The notes under the pieces are model-generated. The model was not told the DNA's origin and ran no database searches. It worked only from the letters and a program-made list of their open reading frames with translations. From positions 372,001 through 436,000 of the forward strand of contig CAXHJY010000184.1 of the NCBI GenBank assembly GCA_964016885.1: a stretch of 64,000 nt of DNA, in the 5' to 3' direction. The position numbers and the translations under genes are program-made. Positions 15,001 through 30,000 of the stretch are shown here, piece after piece (within the stretch, counting starts at the first letter, position 1; each line of letters begins with the position of its first letter). This stretch comes from Eledone cirrhosa (lineage: Eukaryota).

Positions 15001-18000
15001 GGACTATAGTCTTTCCCAATCACTACAGGACTATAGTCTTTCCCAATCACCACAGGACTATAGTCTTTCCCAATCACTACAGGACTATAGTCTTTCCCAG
15101 TCACTACAGGACTATAGTCTTTCCCAGTCACTACAGGACTATAGTCTTTCCCAGTCACTACAGGACTATAGTCTTTCGCAGTCACTACAGGACTATAGTA
15201 TTTCCCAGTCACTACAGGACTATAGTCTTTCCCAGTCACTACAGGACTATAGTCTTTCCCAGTCACTACAGAGCTATAGTCTTTCCCAGTCACTACAGGA
15301 CTACAGTCTTTCCCAGTCACTACAGGACTATAGTCTTTCCCAGTCACTACAGGACTATAGTCTTTCCCAATCACTACAGGACTACATTCTTTCCCAGTCA
15401 CTACTGGACTATAGTCTTTCCCAGTCACTACAAGACTATAGTCTTTCCCAGTCAGTCACTACAGGACTATAGTCTTTCCCAGTCACTACAGGACTATAGT
15501 CTTTCCCAGTCACTACAGGACTATAGTCTTTCCCAGTCACTACAGGACTATAGTCTTTCCCAATCACTACAGGACTATAGTCTTTCCCAGTCACTACAGG
15601 ACTATAGTCTTTCCCAGTCACTACAGGACTATAGTCTTTCCCAGTCACTACAGGACTATAGTCTTTCCCAATCACTACAAGACTATAGTCTTTCCCAGTC
15701 ACTACAGGACTATAGTCTTTCCCAGTCACTACAAGACTATAGTCTTTCCCATTCACTACAGGACTATAGTCTTTCCCAGTCACTACAGGACTATAGTCTC
15801 TCCCAGTCACTACAGGACTATAGTCTTTCCCAGTCACTACAGGACTATAGTCTTTCCCAATCACTACAGGACTATAGTCTTTCCCAATCACTACAGGACT
15901 ATAGTCTTTCCCAGTCACTACAGGACTATAGTCTTTCCCAATCACTACAGGACTATAGTCTTTCCCAGTCACTACAGGACTATAGTCTTTCCCAATCACT
16001 ACAGGACTATAGTCTTTCCCAGTCACTACAGGACTATAGTCTTTCCCAATCACCACAGGACTATAGTCTTTCCCAATCACTACAAGACTGTAGTCTTTCC
16101 CAGTCACTACAGGACTATAGTCTTTCCCAATCACTACAGGACTATAGTCTTTCCCAGTCACTACAGGACTATAGTCTCTCCCAGTCACTACAGGACTATA
16201 GTCTTTCCCAGTCACTACAGGACTATAGTCTTTCCCAGTCACTACAGGACTATAGTCTTTCCCAGTCACTACAGGACTATAGTCTTTCCCAATCACTACA
16301 GGACTATAGTCTTTCCCAATCACCACAGGACTATAGTCTTTCCCAATCACTACAGGACTATAGTCTTTCCCAGTCACTACAGGACTATAGTCTTTCCCAG
16401 TCACTACAGGACTATAGTCTTTCCCAGTCACTACAGGACTATAGTCTTTCGCAGTCACTACAGGACTATAGTATTTCCCAGTCACTACAGGACAATAGTC
16501 TTTCCCAGTCACTACAGGACTATAGTCTTTCCCAGTCACTACAGAGCTATAGTCTTTCCCAGTCACTACAGGACTACAGTCTTTCCCAGTCACTACAGGA
16601 CTATAGTCTTTCCCAGTCACTACAGGACTATAGTCTTTCCCAATCACTACAGGACTACATTCTTTCCCAGTCACTACAGGACTATAGTCTTTCCCAGTCA
16701 CTACAGGACTATAGTCTTTCCCAGTCACTACAGGACTATAGTCTTTCCCAATCACTACAGGACTATAGTCTTTCCCAGTCACTACAAGACTATAGTCTTT
16801 CCCAGTCACTACAAGACTATAGTCTTTCCCAGTCAGTCACTACAGGACTATAGTCTTTCCCAGTCACTACAGGACTATAGTCTTTCCCAGTCACTACAGG
16901 ACTATAGTCTTTCCCAGTCACTACAGGACTATAGTCTTTCCCAGTCACTACAGGACTATAGTCTTTCCCAGTCACTACAGGACTATAGTCTTTCCCAATC
17001 ACTACAGGACTACATTCTTTCCCAGTCACTACAGGACTATAGTCTTTCCCAGTCACTACAGGACTATTGTCTTTCCCAGTCACTACAGGACTATAGTCTT
17101 TCCCAGTCACTACAGGACTATAGTTTTTCCCAGTCACTACAGGACTATAGTCTTTCCCAATCACTACAGGACTATAGTCTTTCCCAATCACTACAGGACT
17201 ATAGTCTTTCCCAATCACTACAAGACTATAGTCTTTCCCAGTCACTACAGGACTATAGTCTTTCCCAATCACTACAGGACTATAGTCTTTCCCAGTCACT
17301 ACAGGACTATAGTCTTTCCCAGTCACTACAGGACTATAGTCTTTCCCAGTCACTACAGGACTACATTCTTTCCCAGTCACTACAGGACTATAGTCTTTCC
17401 CAATCACTACAGGACTATAGTCTTTCCCAGTCACTACAGGACTATAGTCTTTCCCAGTCACTACAGGACTATAGTCTTTCCCAGTCACTACAGGACTATA
17501 GTCTTTCCCTGTCACTACAGGACTATAGTCTTTCCCAGTCACTACAGGACTATAGTCTTTCCCAGTCACTACAGGACTATAGTCTTTCCCAGTCACTACA
17601 GGACTATAGTCTTTCCCAGTCACTACAGGACTATAGTCTTTCCCAGTCACTACAGGACTATAGTCTTTCCCAATCACTACAGGACTATAGTCTTTCCCAA
17701 TCACTACAGGACTATAGTCTTTCCCAATCACTACAGGACTATAGTCTTTCCCAGTCAGTCACTACAGGACTATAGTCTTTCCCAGTCACTACAGGACTAT
17801 AGTCTTTCCCAGTCACTACAGGACTTTAGTCTTTCCCAGTCACTACAGGAATATAGTCTTTCCCAGTCACTACAGGACTATAGTCTTTCCCAGTCACTAC
17901 AGGACTATAGTCTTTCCCAATCACTACAGGACTACATTCTTTCCCAGTCACTACAGGACTATAGTCTTTCCCAGTCACTACAGGACTATAGTCTTTCCCA

Positions 18001-21000
18001 GTCACTACAGGACTATAGTCTTTCCCAGTCACTACAGGACTATAGTTTTTCCCAGTCACTACAGGACTATAGTCTTTCCCAATCACTACAGGACTATAGT
18101 CTTTCCCAATCACTACAGGACTATAGTCTTTCCCAATCACTACAAGACTATAGTCTTTCCCAGTCACTACAGGACTATAGTCTTTCCCAATCACTACAGG
18201 ACTATAGTCTTTCCCAGTCACTACAGGACTATAGTCTTTCCCAGTCACTACAGGACTATAGTCTTTCCCAGTCACTACAGGACTATAGTCTTTCCCAATC
18301 ACTACAAGACTATAGTCTTTCCCAGTCACTACAGGACTATAGTCTTTCCCAATCACTACAGGACTATAGTCTTTCCCAGTCACTACAGGACTATAGTCTT
18401 TCCCAGTCACTACAGGACTATAGTCTTTCCCAGTCACTACAGGACTACATTCTTTCCCAGTCACTACAGGACTATAGTCTTTCCCAATCACTACAGGACT
18501 ATAGTCTTTCCCAGTCACTACAGGACTATAGTCTTTCCCAGTCACTACAGGACTATAGTCTTTCCCAGTCACTACAGGACTATAGTCTTTCCCAGTCACT
18601 ACAGGACTATAGTCTTTCCCAGTCACTACAGGACTATAGTCTTTCCCAGTCACTACAGGACTATAGTCTTTCCCAGTCACTACAGGACTATAGTCTTTCC
18701 CAGTCACTACAGGACTATAGTCTTTCCCAATCACCACAGGACTATAGTCTTTCCCAATCACTACAAGACTGTAGTCTTTCCCAGTCACTACAGGACTATA
18801 GTCTTTCCCAGTCACTACAGGACTATAGTCTTTCCCAGTCACTACAGGACTATAGTCTTTCCCAGTCACTACAGGACTATAGTATTTCCCAGTCACTACA
18901 GGACTATAGTCTTTCCCAGTCACTACAGGACTATAGTCTTTCCCAGTCACTACAGAGCTATAGTCTTTCCCAGTCACTACAGGACTACAGTCTTTCCCAG
19001 TCACTACAGGACTATAGTCTTTCCCAGTCACTACAGGACTATAGTCTTTCCCAATCACTACAGGACTACATTCTTTCCCAGTCACTACAGGAATATAGTC
19101 TTTCCCAGTCACTACAGGACTATAGTCTTTCCCAGTCACTACAGGACTATAGTCTTTCCCAATCACTACAGGACTATAGTCTTTCCCAGTCACTACAAGA
19201 CTATAGTCTTTCCCAGTCACTACAAGACTATAGTCTTTCCCAGTCAGTCACTACAGGACTATAGTCTTTCCCAGTCACTACAGGACTATAGTCTTTCCCA
19301 GTCACTACAGGACTATAGTCTTTCCCAGTCACTACAGGACTATAGTCTTTCCCAGTCACTACAGGACTATAGTCTTTCCCAGTCACTACAGGACTATAGT
19401 CTTTCCCAGTCACTACAGGACTATAGTCCTTCCCAGTCACTACAGGACTATAGTCTTTCCCAATCACTACAGGACTATAGTCTTTCCCAGTCACTACAGG
19501 ACTATAGTCTTTCCCAGTCACTACAGGACTATAGTCTTTCCCAGTCACTACAGGACTATAGTCTCTCCCAGTCACTACAGGACTATAGTCTTTGCCAGTC
19601 ACTACCGGACTATAGTCTTTCCCAATCACTACAGGACTATAGTCTTTCCCAATCACTACAGGACTATAGTCTTTCCCAGTCACTACAGGACTATAGTCTT
19701 TCCCAATCACTACAGGACTATAGTCTTTCCCAGTCACTACAGGACTATAGTCTTTCCCAATCACCACAGGACTATAGTCTTTCCCAATCACTACAGGACT
19801 ATAGTCTTTCCCAGCCACTACAGGACTATAGTCTTTCCCAGTCACTACAGGACTATAGTCTTTCCCAGTCACTACAGGACTATAGTCTTTCCCAGTCACT
19901 ACAGGACTATAGTCTTTCCCAGTCACTACAGGACTATAGTCTTTCCCAGTCACCACAGGACCATAGTCTTTCCCAGTCACTACAGTACTATAGTCTTTCC
20001 CAATCACTACAGGACTATAGTCTTTCCCAATCACTACAGGACTATAGTCTTTCCCAATCACTACAGGACTATAGTCTTTCCCAGACACTACAGGACTATA
20101 GTCTTTCCCAATCCCTACAGGACTATAGTCTTTCCCAGTCACTACAGGACTATAGTCTTTCCCAATCACTACAGGACTATAGTCTTTCCCAGTCACTACA
20201 GGACTATAGTCTTTCCCAATCACCACAGGACTATAGTCTTTCCCAATCACTACAGGACTATAGTCTTTCCCAGTCACTACAGGACTATAGTCTTTCCCAG
20301 TAACTACAGGACTATAGTCTTTCCCAATCACTACAGGACTATAGTCTTTCCCAGTCACTACAAGACCATAGTCTTTCCCAGTCACTACAAGACTATAGTC
20401 TTTCCCAGTCAGTCACTACAGGACTATAGTCTTTCCCAGTCACTACAGGACTATAGTCTTTCCCAATCACTACAGGACTATAGTCTTTCCCAGTCACTAC
20501 AGGACTATAGTCTTTCCCAATCACTACAGGACTATAGTCTTTCCCAGTCACTACAGGACTATAGTCTTTCCCAGTCACTACAGGACTATAGTCTTTCCCA
20601 ATCACTACAGGACTATAGTCTTTCCCAGTCAGTCACTACAGGACTATAGTCTTTCCCAGTCACTACAGGACTATAGTCTTTCCCAGTCACTACAGGACTA
20701 TAGTCTTTCCCAGTCACTACAGGACTATAGTCTTTCCCAGTCACTACAGGACTATAGTCTTTCCCAGTCACTACAGGACTATAGTCTTTCCCAATCACTA
20801 CAGGACTACATTCTTTCCCAGTCACTACAGGACTATAGTCTTTCCCAGTCACTACAGGACTATAGTCTTTCCCAGTCACTACAGGACTATAGTCTTTCCC
20901 AGTCACTACAGGACTATAGTTTTTCCCAGTCACTACAGGACTATAGTCTTTCCCAATCACTACAGGACTATAGTCTTTCCCAATCACTACAGGACTATAG

Positions 21001-24000
21001 TCTTTCCCAATCACTACAAGTCTATAGTCTTTCCCAGTCACTACAGGACTATAGTCTTTCCCAATCACTACAGGACTATAGTCTTTCCCAGTCACTACAG
21101 GACTATAGTCTTTCCCAGTCACTACAGGACTATAGTCTTTCCCAGTCACTACAGGACTACATTCTTTCCCAGTCACTACAGGACTATAGTCTTTCCCAAT
21201 CACTACAGGACTATAGTCTTTCCCAGTCACTACAGGACTATAGTCTTTCCCAGTCACTACAGGACTATAGTCTTTCCCAATCACTACAGGACTATAGTCT
21301 TTCCCAATCACTACAAGACTATAGTCTTTCCCAGTCACTACAGGACTATAGTCTTTCCCAATCACTACAGGACTATAGTCTTTCCCAGTCACTACAGGAC
21401 TATAGTCTTTCCCAGTCACTACAGGACTATAGTCTTTCCCAGTCACTACAGGACTACATTCTTTCCCAGTCACTACAGGACTATAGTCTTTCCCAATCAC
21501 TACAGGACTATAGTCTTTCCCAGTCACTACAGGACTATAGTCTTTCCCAGTCACTACAGGACTATAGTCTTTCTCAGTCACTACAGGACTATAGTCTTTC
21601 CCAGTCACTACAGGACTATAGTCTTCCCAGTCACTACAGGACTATAGTCTTTCCCAGTCACTACAGGACTATAGTCTTTCCCAGTCACTACAGGACTATA
21701 GTCTTTCCCAGTCACTACAGGACTATAGTCTTTCCCAGTCACTACAGGACTATAGTCCTTCCCAGTCACTACAGGACTATAGTCTTTCCCAATCACTACA
21801 GGACTATAGTCTTTCCCAGTCATTACAGGTCTATAGTCTTTCCCAGTCACTACAGGACTATAGTCTTTCCCAGTCACTACAGGACTATAGTCTTTCCCAA
21901 TCACTACAAGACTATAGTCTTTCCCAGTCACTACAGGACTATAGTCTTTCCCAGTCACTACAAGACTATAGTCTTTCCCAATCACTACAGGACTATAGTC
22001 TTTCCCAGTCATTACAGGACTATAGTCTTTCCCAGTCACTACAGGACTATAGTCTTTCCCAGTCACTACAGGACTATAGTCTTTCCCAATCACTACAAGA
22101 CTATAGTCTTTCCCAGTCACTACAGGACTATAGTCTTTCCCAGTCACTACAAGACTATAGTCTTTCCCAATCACTACAGGACTATAGTCTTTCCCAGTCA
22201 CTACAGGACTATAGTCTTTCCCAGTCAGTCACTACAGGACTATAGTCTTTCCCAGTCACTACAAGACTATAGTCTTTCCCAGTCACTACAGGACTATAGT
22301 CTTTCCCAGTCACTACAGGACTATAGTCTTTCCCAGTCACTACAGGACTATAGTCTCTCCCAGTCACTACAGGACTATAGTCTTTGCCAGTCACTACAGG
22401 ACTATAGTCTTTCCCAATCACTACAGGACTATAGTCTTTCCCAATCACTACAGGACTATAGTCTTTCCCAGTCACTACAGGACTATAGTCTTTCCCAATC
22501 ACTACAGGACTATAGTCTTTCCCAGTCACTACAGGACTATAGTCTTTCCCAATCACCACAGGACTATAGTCTTTCCCAATCACTACAGGACTATAGTCTT
22601 TCCCAGTCACTACAGGACTATAGTCTTTCCCAGTCACTACAGGACTATAGTCTTTCCCAGTCACTACAGGACTATAGTCTTTCCCAGTCACTACAGGACT
22701 ATAGTCTTTCCCAGTCACCACAGGACCATAGTCTTTCCCAGTCACTACAGTACTATAGTCTTTCCCAATCACTACAGGACTATAGTCTTTCCCAATCACT
22801 ACAGGACTATAGTCTTTCCCAATCACTACAGGACTATAGTCTTTCCCAGACACTACAGGACTGTAGTCTTTCCCAATCCCTACAGGACTATAGTCTTTCC
22901 CAGTCACTACAGGACTATAGTCTTTCCCAATCACTACAGGACTATAGTCTTTCCCAGTCACTACAGGACTATAGTCTTTCCCAATCACCACAGGACTATA
23001 GTCTTTCCCAATCACTACAGGACTATAGTCTTTCCCAGTCACTACAGGACTATAGTCTTTCCCAGTCACTACAGGACTATAGTCTTTCCCAATCACTACA
23101 GGACTATAGTCTTTCCCAGTCACTACAAGACCATAGTCTTTCCCAGTCACTACAAGACTATAGTCTTTCCCAGTCAGTCACTACAGGACTATAGTCTTTC
23201 CCAGTCACTACAGGACTATAGTCTTTCCCAATCACTACAGGACTATAGTCTTTCCCAGTCACTACAGGACTATAGTCTTTCCCAATCACTACAGGACTAT
23301 AGTCTTTCAAAGTCACTACAGGACTATAGTCTTTCCCAGTCACTACAGGACTATAGTCTTTCCCAATCACTACAGGACTATAGTCTTTCCCAGTCAGTCA
23401 CTACAGGACTATAGTCTTTCCCAGTCACTACAGGACTATAGTCTTTCCCAGTCACTACAGGACTATAGTCTTTCCCAGTCACTACAGGACTATAGTCTTT
23501 CCCAGTCACTACAGGACTATAGTCTTTCCCAGTCACTACAGGACTATAGTCTTTCCCAATCACTACAGGACTACATTCTTTCCCAGTCACTACAGGACTA
23601 TAGTCTTTCCCAGTCACTACAGGACTATAGTCTTTCCCAGTCACTACAGGACTATAGTCTTTCCCAGTCACTACAGGACTATAGTTTTTCCCAGTCACTA
23701 CAGGACTATAGTCTTTCCCAATCACTACAGGACTATAGTCTTTCCCAATCACTACAGGACTATAGTCTTTCCCAATCACTACAAGACTATAGTCTTTCCC
23801 AGTCACTACAGGACTATAGTCTTTCCCAATCACTACAGGACTATAGTCTTTCCCAGTCACTACAGGACTATAGTCTTTCCCAGTCACTACAGGACTATAG
23901 TCTTTCCCAGTCACTACAGGACTACATTCTTTCCCAGTCACTACAGGACTATAGTCTTTCCCAATCACTACAGGACTATAGTCTTTCCCAGTCACTACAG

Positions 24001-27000
24001 GACTATAGTCTTTCCCAGTCACTACAGGACTATAGTCTTTCCCAGTCACTACAGGACTATAGTCTTTCCCAGTCACTACAGGACTATAGTCTTTCCCAGT
24101 CACTACAGGACTATAGTCTTTCCCAGTCACTACAGGACTATAGTCTTTCCCAGTCACTACAGGACTATAGTCTTTCCCAGTCACTACAGGACTATAGTCT
24201 TTCCCAGTCACTACAGGACTATAGTCCTTCCCAGTCACTACAGGACTATAGTCTTTCCCAATCACTACAGGACTATAGTCTTTCCCAGTCATTACAGGAC
24301 TATAGTCTTTCCCAGTCACTACAGGACTATAGTCTTTCCCAGTCACTACAGGACTATAGTCTTTCCCAATCACTACAAGACTATAGTCTTTCCCAGTCAC
24401 TACAGGACTATAGTCTTTCCCAGTCACTACAAGACTATAGTCTTTCCCAATCACTACAGGACTATAGTCTTTCCCAGTCATTACAGGACTATAGTCTTTC
24501 CCAGTCACTACAGGACTATAGTCTTTCCCAGTCACTACAGGACTATAGTCTTTCCCAATCACTACAAGACTATAGTCTTTCCCAGTCACTACAGGACTAT
24601 AGTCTTTCCCAGTCACTACAAGACTATAGTCTTTCCCAATCACTACAGGACTATAGTCTTTCCCAGTCACTACAGGACTATAGTCTTTCCCAGTCAGTCA
24701 CTACAGGACTATAGTCTTTCCCAGTCACTACAAGACTATAGTCTTTCCCAGTCACTACAGGACTATAGTCTTTCCCAGTCACTACAAGACTATAGTCCTT
24801 CCCAGTCACTACAGGACTATAGTCTTTCCCAATCACTACAGGACTATAGTCTTTCCCAGTCATTACAGGACTATAGTCTTTCCCAGTCACTACAGGACTA
24901 TAGTCTTTCCCAGTCACTACAGGACTATAGACTTTCCCAATCACTACAAGACTATAGTCTTTCCCAGTCACTACAGGACTATAGTCTTTCCCAGTCACTA
25001 CAAGACTATAGTCTTTCCCAATCACTACAGGACTATAGTCTTTCCCAGTCACTACAGGACTATAGTCTCTCCCAGTCACTACAGGACTATAGTCTTTGCC
25101 AGTCACTACAGGACTATAGTCTTTCCCAATCACTACAGGACTATAGTCTTTTCCAATCACTACAGGACTATAGTCTTTCCCAATCACTACAGGACTATAG
25201 TCTTTCCCAATCACTACAGGACTATAGTCTTTTCCAATCACTACAGGACTATAGTCTTTCCCAATCACTACAGGACTACATTCTTTCCCAGTCACTACAG
25301 GACTATAGTCTTTCCCAATCACTACAGGACTATAGTCTTTCCCAGTCACTACAGGACTATAGTCTTTCCCAGTCACTACAGGACTATAGTCTTTCCCAGT
25401 CACTACAGGACTATAGTCTTTCCCAGTCACTACAGGACTATAGTCTTTCCCAGTCACTACAGGACTATAGTTTTTCCCAGTCACTACAGGACTATAGTCT
25501 TTCCCAATCACTACAGGACTATAGTCTTTCCCAATCACTACAGGACTATAGTCTTTCCCAATCACTACAAGACTATAGTCCTTCCCAGTCACTACAGGAC
25601 TATAGTCTTTCCCAGTCACTACAGGACTATAGTCTTTCCCAGTCACTACAGGACTATAGTCTTTCCCAATCACTACAGGACTATAGTCTTTCCCAGTCAG
25701 TCACTACAGGACTATAGTCTTTCCCAGTCACTACAGGACTATAGTCTTTCCCAGTCACTACAGGACTATAGTCTTTCCCAGTCACTACAGGACTATAGTC
25801 TTTCCCAGTCACTACAGGACTATAGTCTTTCCCAGTCACTACAGGACTATAGTCTTTCCCAATCACTACAGGACTACATTCTTTCCCAGTCACTACAGGA
25901 CTATAGTCTTTCCCAGTCACTACAGGACTATAGTCTTTCCCAGTCACTACAGGACTATAGTCTTTCCCAGTCACTACAGGACTATAGTTTTTCCCAGTCA
26001 CTACAGGACTATAGTCTTTCCCAATCACTACAGGACTATAGTCTTTCCCAATCACTACAGGACTATAGTCTTTCCCAATCACTACAAGTCTATAGTCTTT
26101 CCCAGTCACTACAGGACTATAGTCTTTCCCAATCACTACAGGACTATAGTCTTTCCCAGTCACTACAGGACTATAGTCTTTCCCAGTCACTACAGGACTA
26201 TAGTCTTTCCCAGTCACTACAGGACTACATTCTTTCCCAGTCACTACAGGACTATAGTCTTTCCCAATCACTACAGGACTATAGTCTTTCCCAGTCACTA
26301 CAGGACTATAGTCTTTCCCAGTCACTACAGGACTATAGTCTTTCCCAATCACTACAGGACTATAGTCTTTCCCAATCACTACAAGACTATAGTCTTTCCC
26401 AGTCACTACAGGACTATAGTCTTTCCCAATCACTACAGGACTATAGTCTTTCCCAGTCACTACAGGACTATAGTCTTTCCCAGTCACTACAGGACTATAG
26501 TCTTTCCCAGTCACTACAGGACTACATTCTTTCCCAGTCACTACAGGACTATAGTCTTTCCCAATCACTACAGGACTATAGTCTTTCCCAGTCACTACAG
26601 GACTATACTCTTTCCCAGTCACTACAGGACTATAGTCTTTCTCAGTCACTACAGGACTATAGTCTTTCCCAGTCACTACAGGACTATAGTCTTCCCAGTC
26701 ACTACAGGACTATAGTCTTTCCCAGTCACTACAGGACTATAGTCTTTCCCAGTCACTACAGGACTATAGTCTTTCCCAGTCACTACAGGACTATAGTCTT
26801 TCCCAGACACTACAGGACTGTAGTCTTTCCCAATCCCTACAGGACTATAGTCTTTCCCAGTCACTACAGGACTATAGTCTTTCCCAATCACTACAGGACT
26901 ATAGTCTTTCCCAGTCACTACAGGACTATAGTCTTTCCCAGTCACTACAGGACTATAGTTTTTCCCAGTCACTACAGGACTATAGTCTTTCCCAATCACT

Positions 27001-30000
27001 ACAGGACTATAGTCTTTCCCAATCACTACAGGACTATAGTCTTTCCCAATCACTACAAGACTATAGTCCTTCCCAGTCACTACAGGACTATAGTCTTTCC
27101 CAGTCACTACAGGACTATAGTCTTTCCCAGTCACTACAGGACTATAGTCTTTCCCAGACACTACAGGACTGTAGTCTTTCCCAATCCCTACAGGACTATA
27201 GTCTTTCCCAGTCACTACAGGACTATAGTCTTTCCCAATCACTACAGGACTATAGTCTTTCCCAGTCACTACAGGACTATAGTCTTTCCCAATCACCACA
27301 GGACTATAGTCTTTCCCAATCACTACAGGACTATAGTCTTTCCCAGTCACTACAGGACTATAGTCTTTCCCAGTCACTACAGGACTATAGTCTTTCCCAA
27401 TCACTACAGGACTATAGTCTTTCCCAGTCACTACAAGACCATAGTCTTTCCCAGTCACTACAAGACTATAGTCTTTCCCAGTCAGTCACTACAGGACTAT
27501 AGTCTTTCCCAGTCACTACAGGACTATAGTCTTTCCCAATCACTACAGGACTATAGTCTTTCCCAGTCACTACAGGACTATAGTCCTTCCCAGTCACTAC
27601 AGGACTATAGTCTTTCCCAATCACTACAGGACTATAGTCTTTCCCAGTCATTACAGGACTATAGTCTTTCCCAGTCACTACAGGACTATAGTCTTTCCCA
27701 GTCACTACAGGACTATAGTCTTTCCCAATCACTACAAGACTATAGTCTTTCCCAGTCACTACAGGACTATAGTCTTTCCCAGTCACTACAAGACTATAGT
27801 CTTTCCCAATCACTACAGGACTATAGTCTTTCCCAGTCATTACAGGACTATAGTCTTTCCCAGTCACTACAGGACTATAGTCTTTCCCAGTCACTACAGG
27901 ACTATAGTCTTTCCCAATCACTACAAGACTATAGTCTTTCCCAGTCACTACAGGACTATAGTCTTTCCCAGTCACTACAAGACTATAGTCTTTCCCAATC
28001 ACTACAGGACTATAGTCTTTCCCAGTCACTACAGGACTATAGTCTTTCCCAGTCAGTCACTACAGGACTATAGTCTTTCCCAGTCACTACAAGACTATAG
28101 TCTTTCCCAGTCACTACAGGACTATAGTCTTTCCCAGTCACTACAAGACTATAGTCCTTCCCAGTCACTACAGGACTATAGTCTTTCCCAATCACTACAG
28201 GACTATAGTCTTTCCCAGTCATTACAGGACTATAGTCTTTCCCAGTCACTACAGGACTATAGTCTTTCCCAGTCACTACAGGACTATAGACTTTCCCAGT
28301 CACTACAAGACTATAGTCTTTCCCAATCACTACAGGACTATAGTCTTTCCCAGTCACTACAGGACTATAGTCTCTCCCAGTCACTACAGGACTATAGTCT
28401 TTGCCAGTCACTACAGGACTATAGTCTTTCCCAATCACTACAGGACTATAGTCTTTTCCAATCACTACAGGACTATAGTCTTTCCCAATCACTACAGGAC
28501 TATAGTCTTTCCCAATCACTACAGGACTATAGTCTTTTCCAATCACTACAGGACTATAGTCTTTCCCAATCACTACAGGACTACATTCTTTCCCAGTCAC
28601 TACAGGACTATAGTCTTTCCCAATCACTACAGGACTATAGTCTTTCCCAGTCACTACAGGACTATAGTCTTTCCCAGTCACTACAGGACTATAGTCTTTC
28701 CCAGTCACTACAGGACTATAGTCTTTCCCAGTCACTACAGGACTATAGTCTTTCCCAGTCACTACAGGACTATAGTTTTTCCCAGTCACTACAGGACTAT
28801 AGTCTTTCCCAATCACTACAGGACTATAGTCTTTCCCAATCACTACAGGACTATAGTCTTTCCCAATCACTACAAGACTATAGTCCTTCCCAGTCACTAC
28901 AGGACTATAGTCTTTCCCAATCACTACAGGACTATAGTCTTTCCCAGTCATTACAGGACTATAGTCTTTCCCAGTCACTACAGGACTATAGTCTTTCCCA
29001 GTCACTACAAGACTATAGTCTTTCCCAATCACTACAGGACTATAGTCTTTCCCAGTCACTACAGGACTATAGTCTTTCCCAGTCAGTCACTACAGGACTA
29101 TAGTCTTTCCCAGTCACTACAAGACTATAGTCTTTCCCAGTCACTACAGGACTATAGTCTTTCCCAGTCACTACAAGACTATAGTCCTTCCCAGTCACTA
29201 CAGGACTATAGTCTTTCCCAATCACTACAGGACTATAGTCTTTCCCAGTCATTACAGGACTATAGTCTTTCCCAGTCACTACAGGACTATAGTCTTTCCC
29301 AGTCACTACAGGACTATAGTCTTTCCCAATCACTACAAGACTATAGTCTTTCCCAGTCACTACAGGACTATAGTCTTTCCCAGTCACTACAAGACTATAG
29401 TCTTTCCCAATCACTACAGGACTATAGTCTTTCCCAGTCACTACAGGACTATAGTCTCTCCCAGTCACTACAGGACTATAGTCTTTGCCAGTCACTACAG
29501 GACTATAGTCTTTCCCAATCACTACAGGACTATAGTCTTTTCCAATCACTACAGGACTATAGTCTTTCCCAATCACTACAGGACTATAGTCTTTCCCAAT
29601 CACTACAGGACTATAGTCTTTTCCAATCACTACAGGACTATAGTCTTTCCCAATCACTACAGGACTATAGTCTTTCCCAGTCACTACAGGACTATAGTCT
29701 TTCCCAGTCACTACAGGACTATAGTCTTTCCCAGTCACTACAGGACTACATTCTTTCCCAGTCACTACAGGACTATAGTCTTTCCCAATCACTACAGGAC
29801 TATAGTCTTTCCCAGTCACTACAGGACTATAGTCTTTCCCAGTCACTACAGGACTATAGTCTTTCCCAGTCACTACAGGACTATAGTCTTTCCCAGTCAC
29901 TACAGGACTATAGTCTTTCCCAGTCACTACAGGACTATAGTCTTTCCCAGTCACTACAGGACTATAGTCTTTCCCAGTCACTACAGGACTATAGTCTTTC